Shown piece after piece: positions 63,751-64,000 of a stretch of DNA of 64,000 bases. The notes beneath the pieces are model-generated. The model had not been told where the DNA came from, made no database searches, and saw nothing but the letters and a program-made list of their open reading frames with translations. The stretch covers positions 608,001 to 672,000 of the forward strand of contig OZ219802.1 of the NCBI GenBank assembly GCA_964291655.2. Reading direction: 5' to 3'. Position 1 is the first letter of the stretch; every line of letters starts with the position of its first letter. Position numbers and translations under genes: made by a program. Source of the DNA: Chloroflexota bacterium. Its GTDB lineage: Bacteria > Chloroflexota > UBA11872 > VXOZ01.

Positions 63751-64000
63751 TAGTTGAAGCTACGATCAAAGCCACTGATGGTGCGCCGCTCACCCGCGAC
63801 GAAGCGGCTGAGGTAATGACCGAGATCATGGATGCGGCCTGCACGCCGGCGCAATTCGGCGCTTTTGTCACGGCACTCCGTGCCAAGGGCGAAACCGCTG
63901 ACGAGATTGCCGGGTGTGCCGAGGTGATGCGTGAAAAAGCGTTGCCGGTTGCGGTTAGTCAACCAGTAGCGGACACATGCGGCACCGGGGGAACCGGCGT
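63747..64000 (+). CDS. trpD: Anthranilate phosphoribosyltransferase (5' part, runs off the window)
   Basis: Manual translation gives MIVEATIKA...LTRDEA...TPAQFGAFVTALRAKGET.DEIAG...DTCGTGG; ATGA overlap with trpG. Confidence 0.93.
   Translation, partial: MIVEATIKATDGAPLTRDEAAEVMTEIMDAACTPAQFGAFVTALRAKGETADEIAGCAEVMREKALPVAVSQPVADTCGTGGTG

Overview
This is a GC-rich bacterial chromosomal segment. A T-box-controlled trp operon, Ktr, a DUF2089/DUF4097 pair, GSII and many Gfo/Idh/MocA enzymes and sulfatases suggest a monoderm, most plausibly a Chloroflexota; that assignment is inference only. Housekeeping genes include ktrAB, apgM, selA, moaA, a D-Ala-D-Ala carboxypeptidase, glnII and trpE-trpG-trpD' behind a Trp (UGG) T-box. 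The most notable block (15.7-27.1 kb, minus strand) is a 7-gene envelope operon with no ATPase gene. It encodes a ~1030-aa solute-binding protein with two CBM-like domains, two permease pairs, an NHL-TPR-Yip1 fusion, and a DUF5696-like protein that seems to carry an inserted membrane hairpin. From 34 to 60 kb lies a catabolic region: xanthine-dehydrogenase-family M-S-L genes, tandem Gfo paralogs, two Cys-type sulfatases, an orphan Tat-lipoprotein SBP, an internally duplicated alpha/beta hydrolase, and a possible amino-sugar-acid-to-KDPG route (Gfo, creatininase family, DgaE/SelA-like PLP enzyme, KdgK, frameshifted Eda). That region also holds a hicB plus broken hicA pair and several families of short palindromic repeats. 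These include GTAG-type REPs, nested modular hairpins, and a CTAG-bounded MITE-like element that supplies the stop codon of one gene. I saw no rRNA, tRNA, CRISPR array or transposase. All family assignments come from motifs recognised by eye; no database searches were run.
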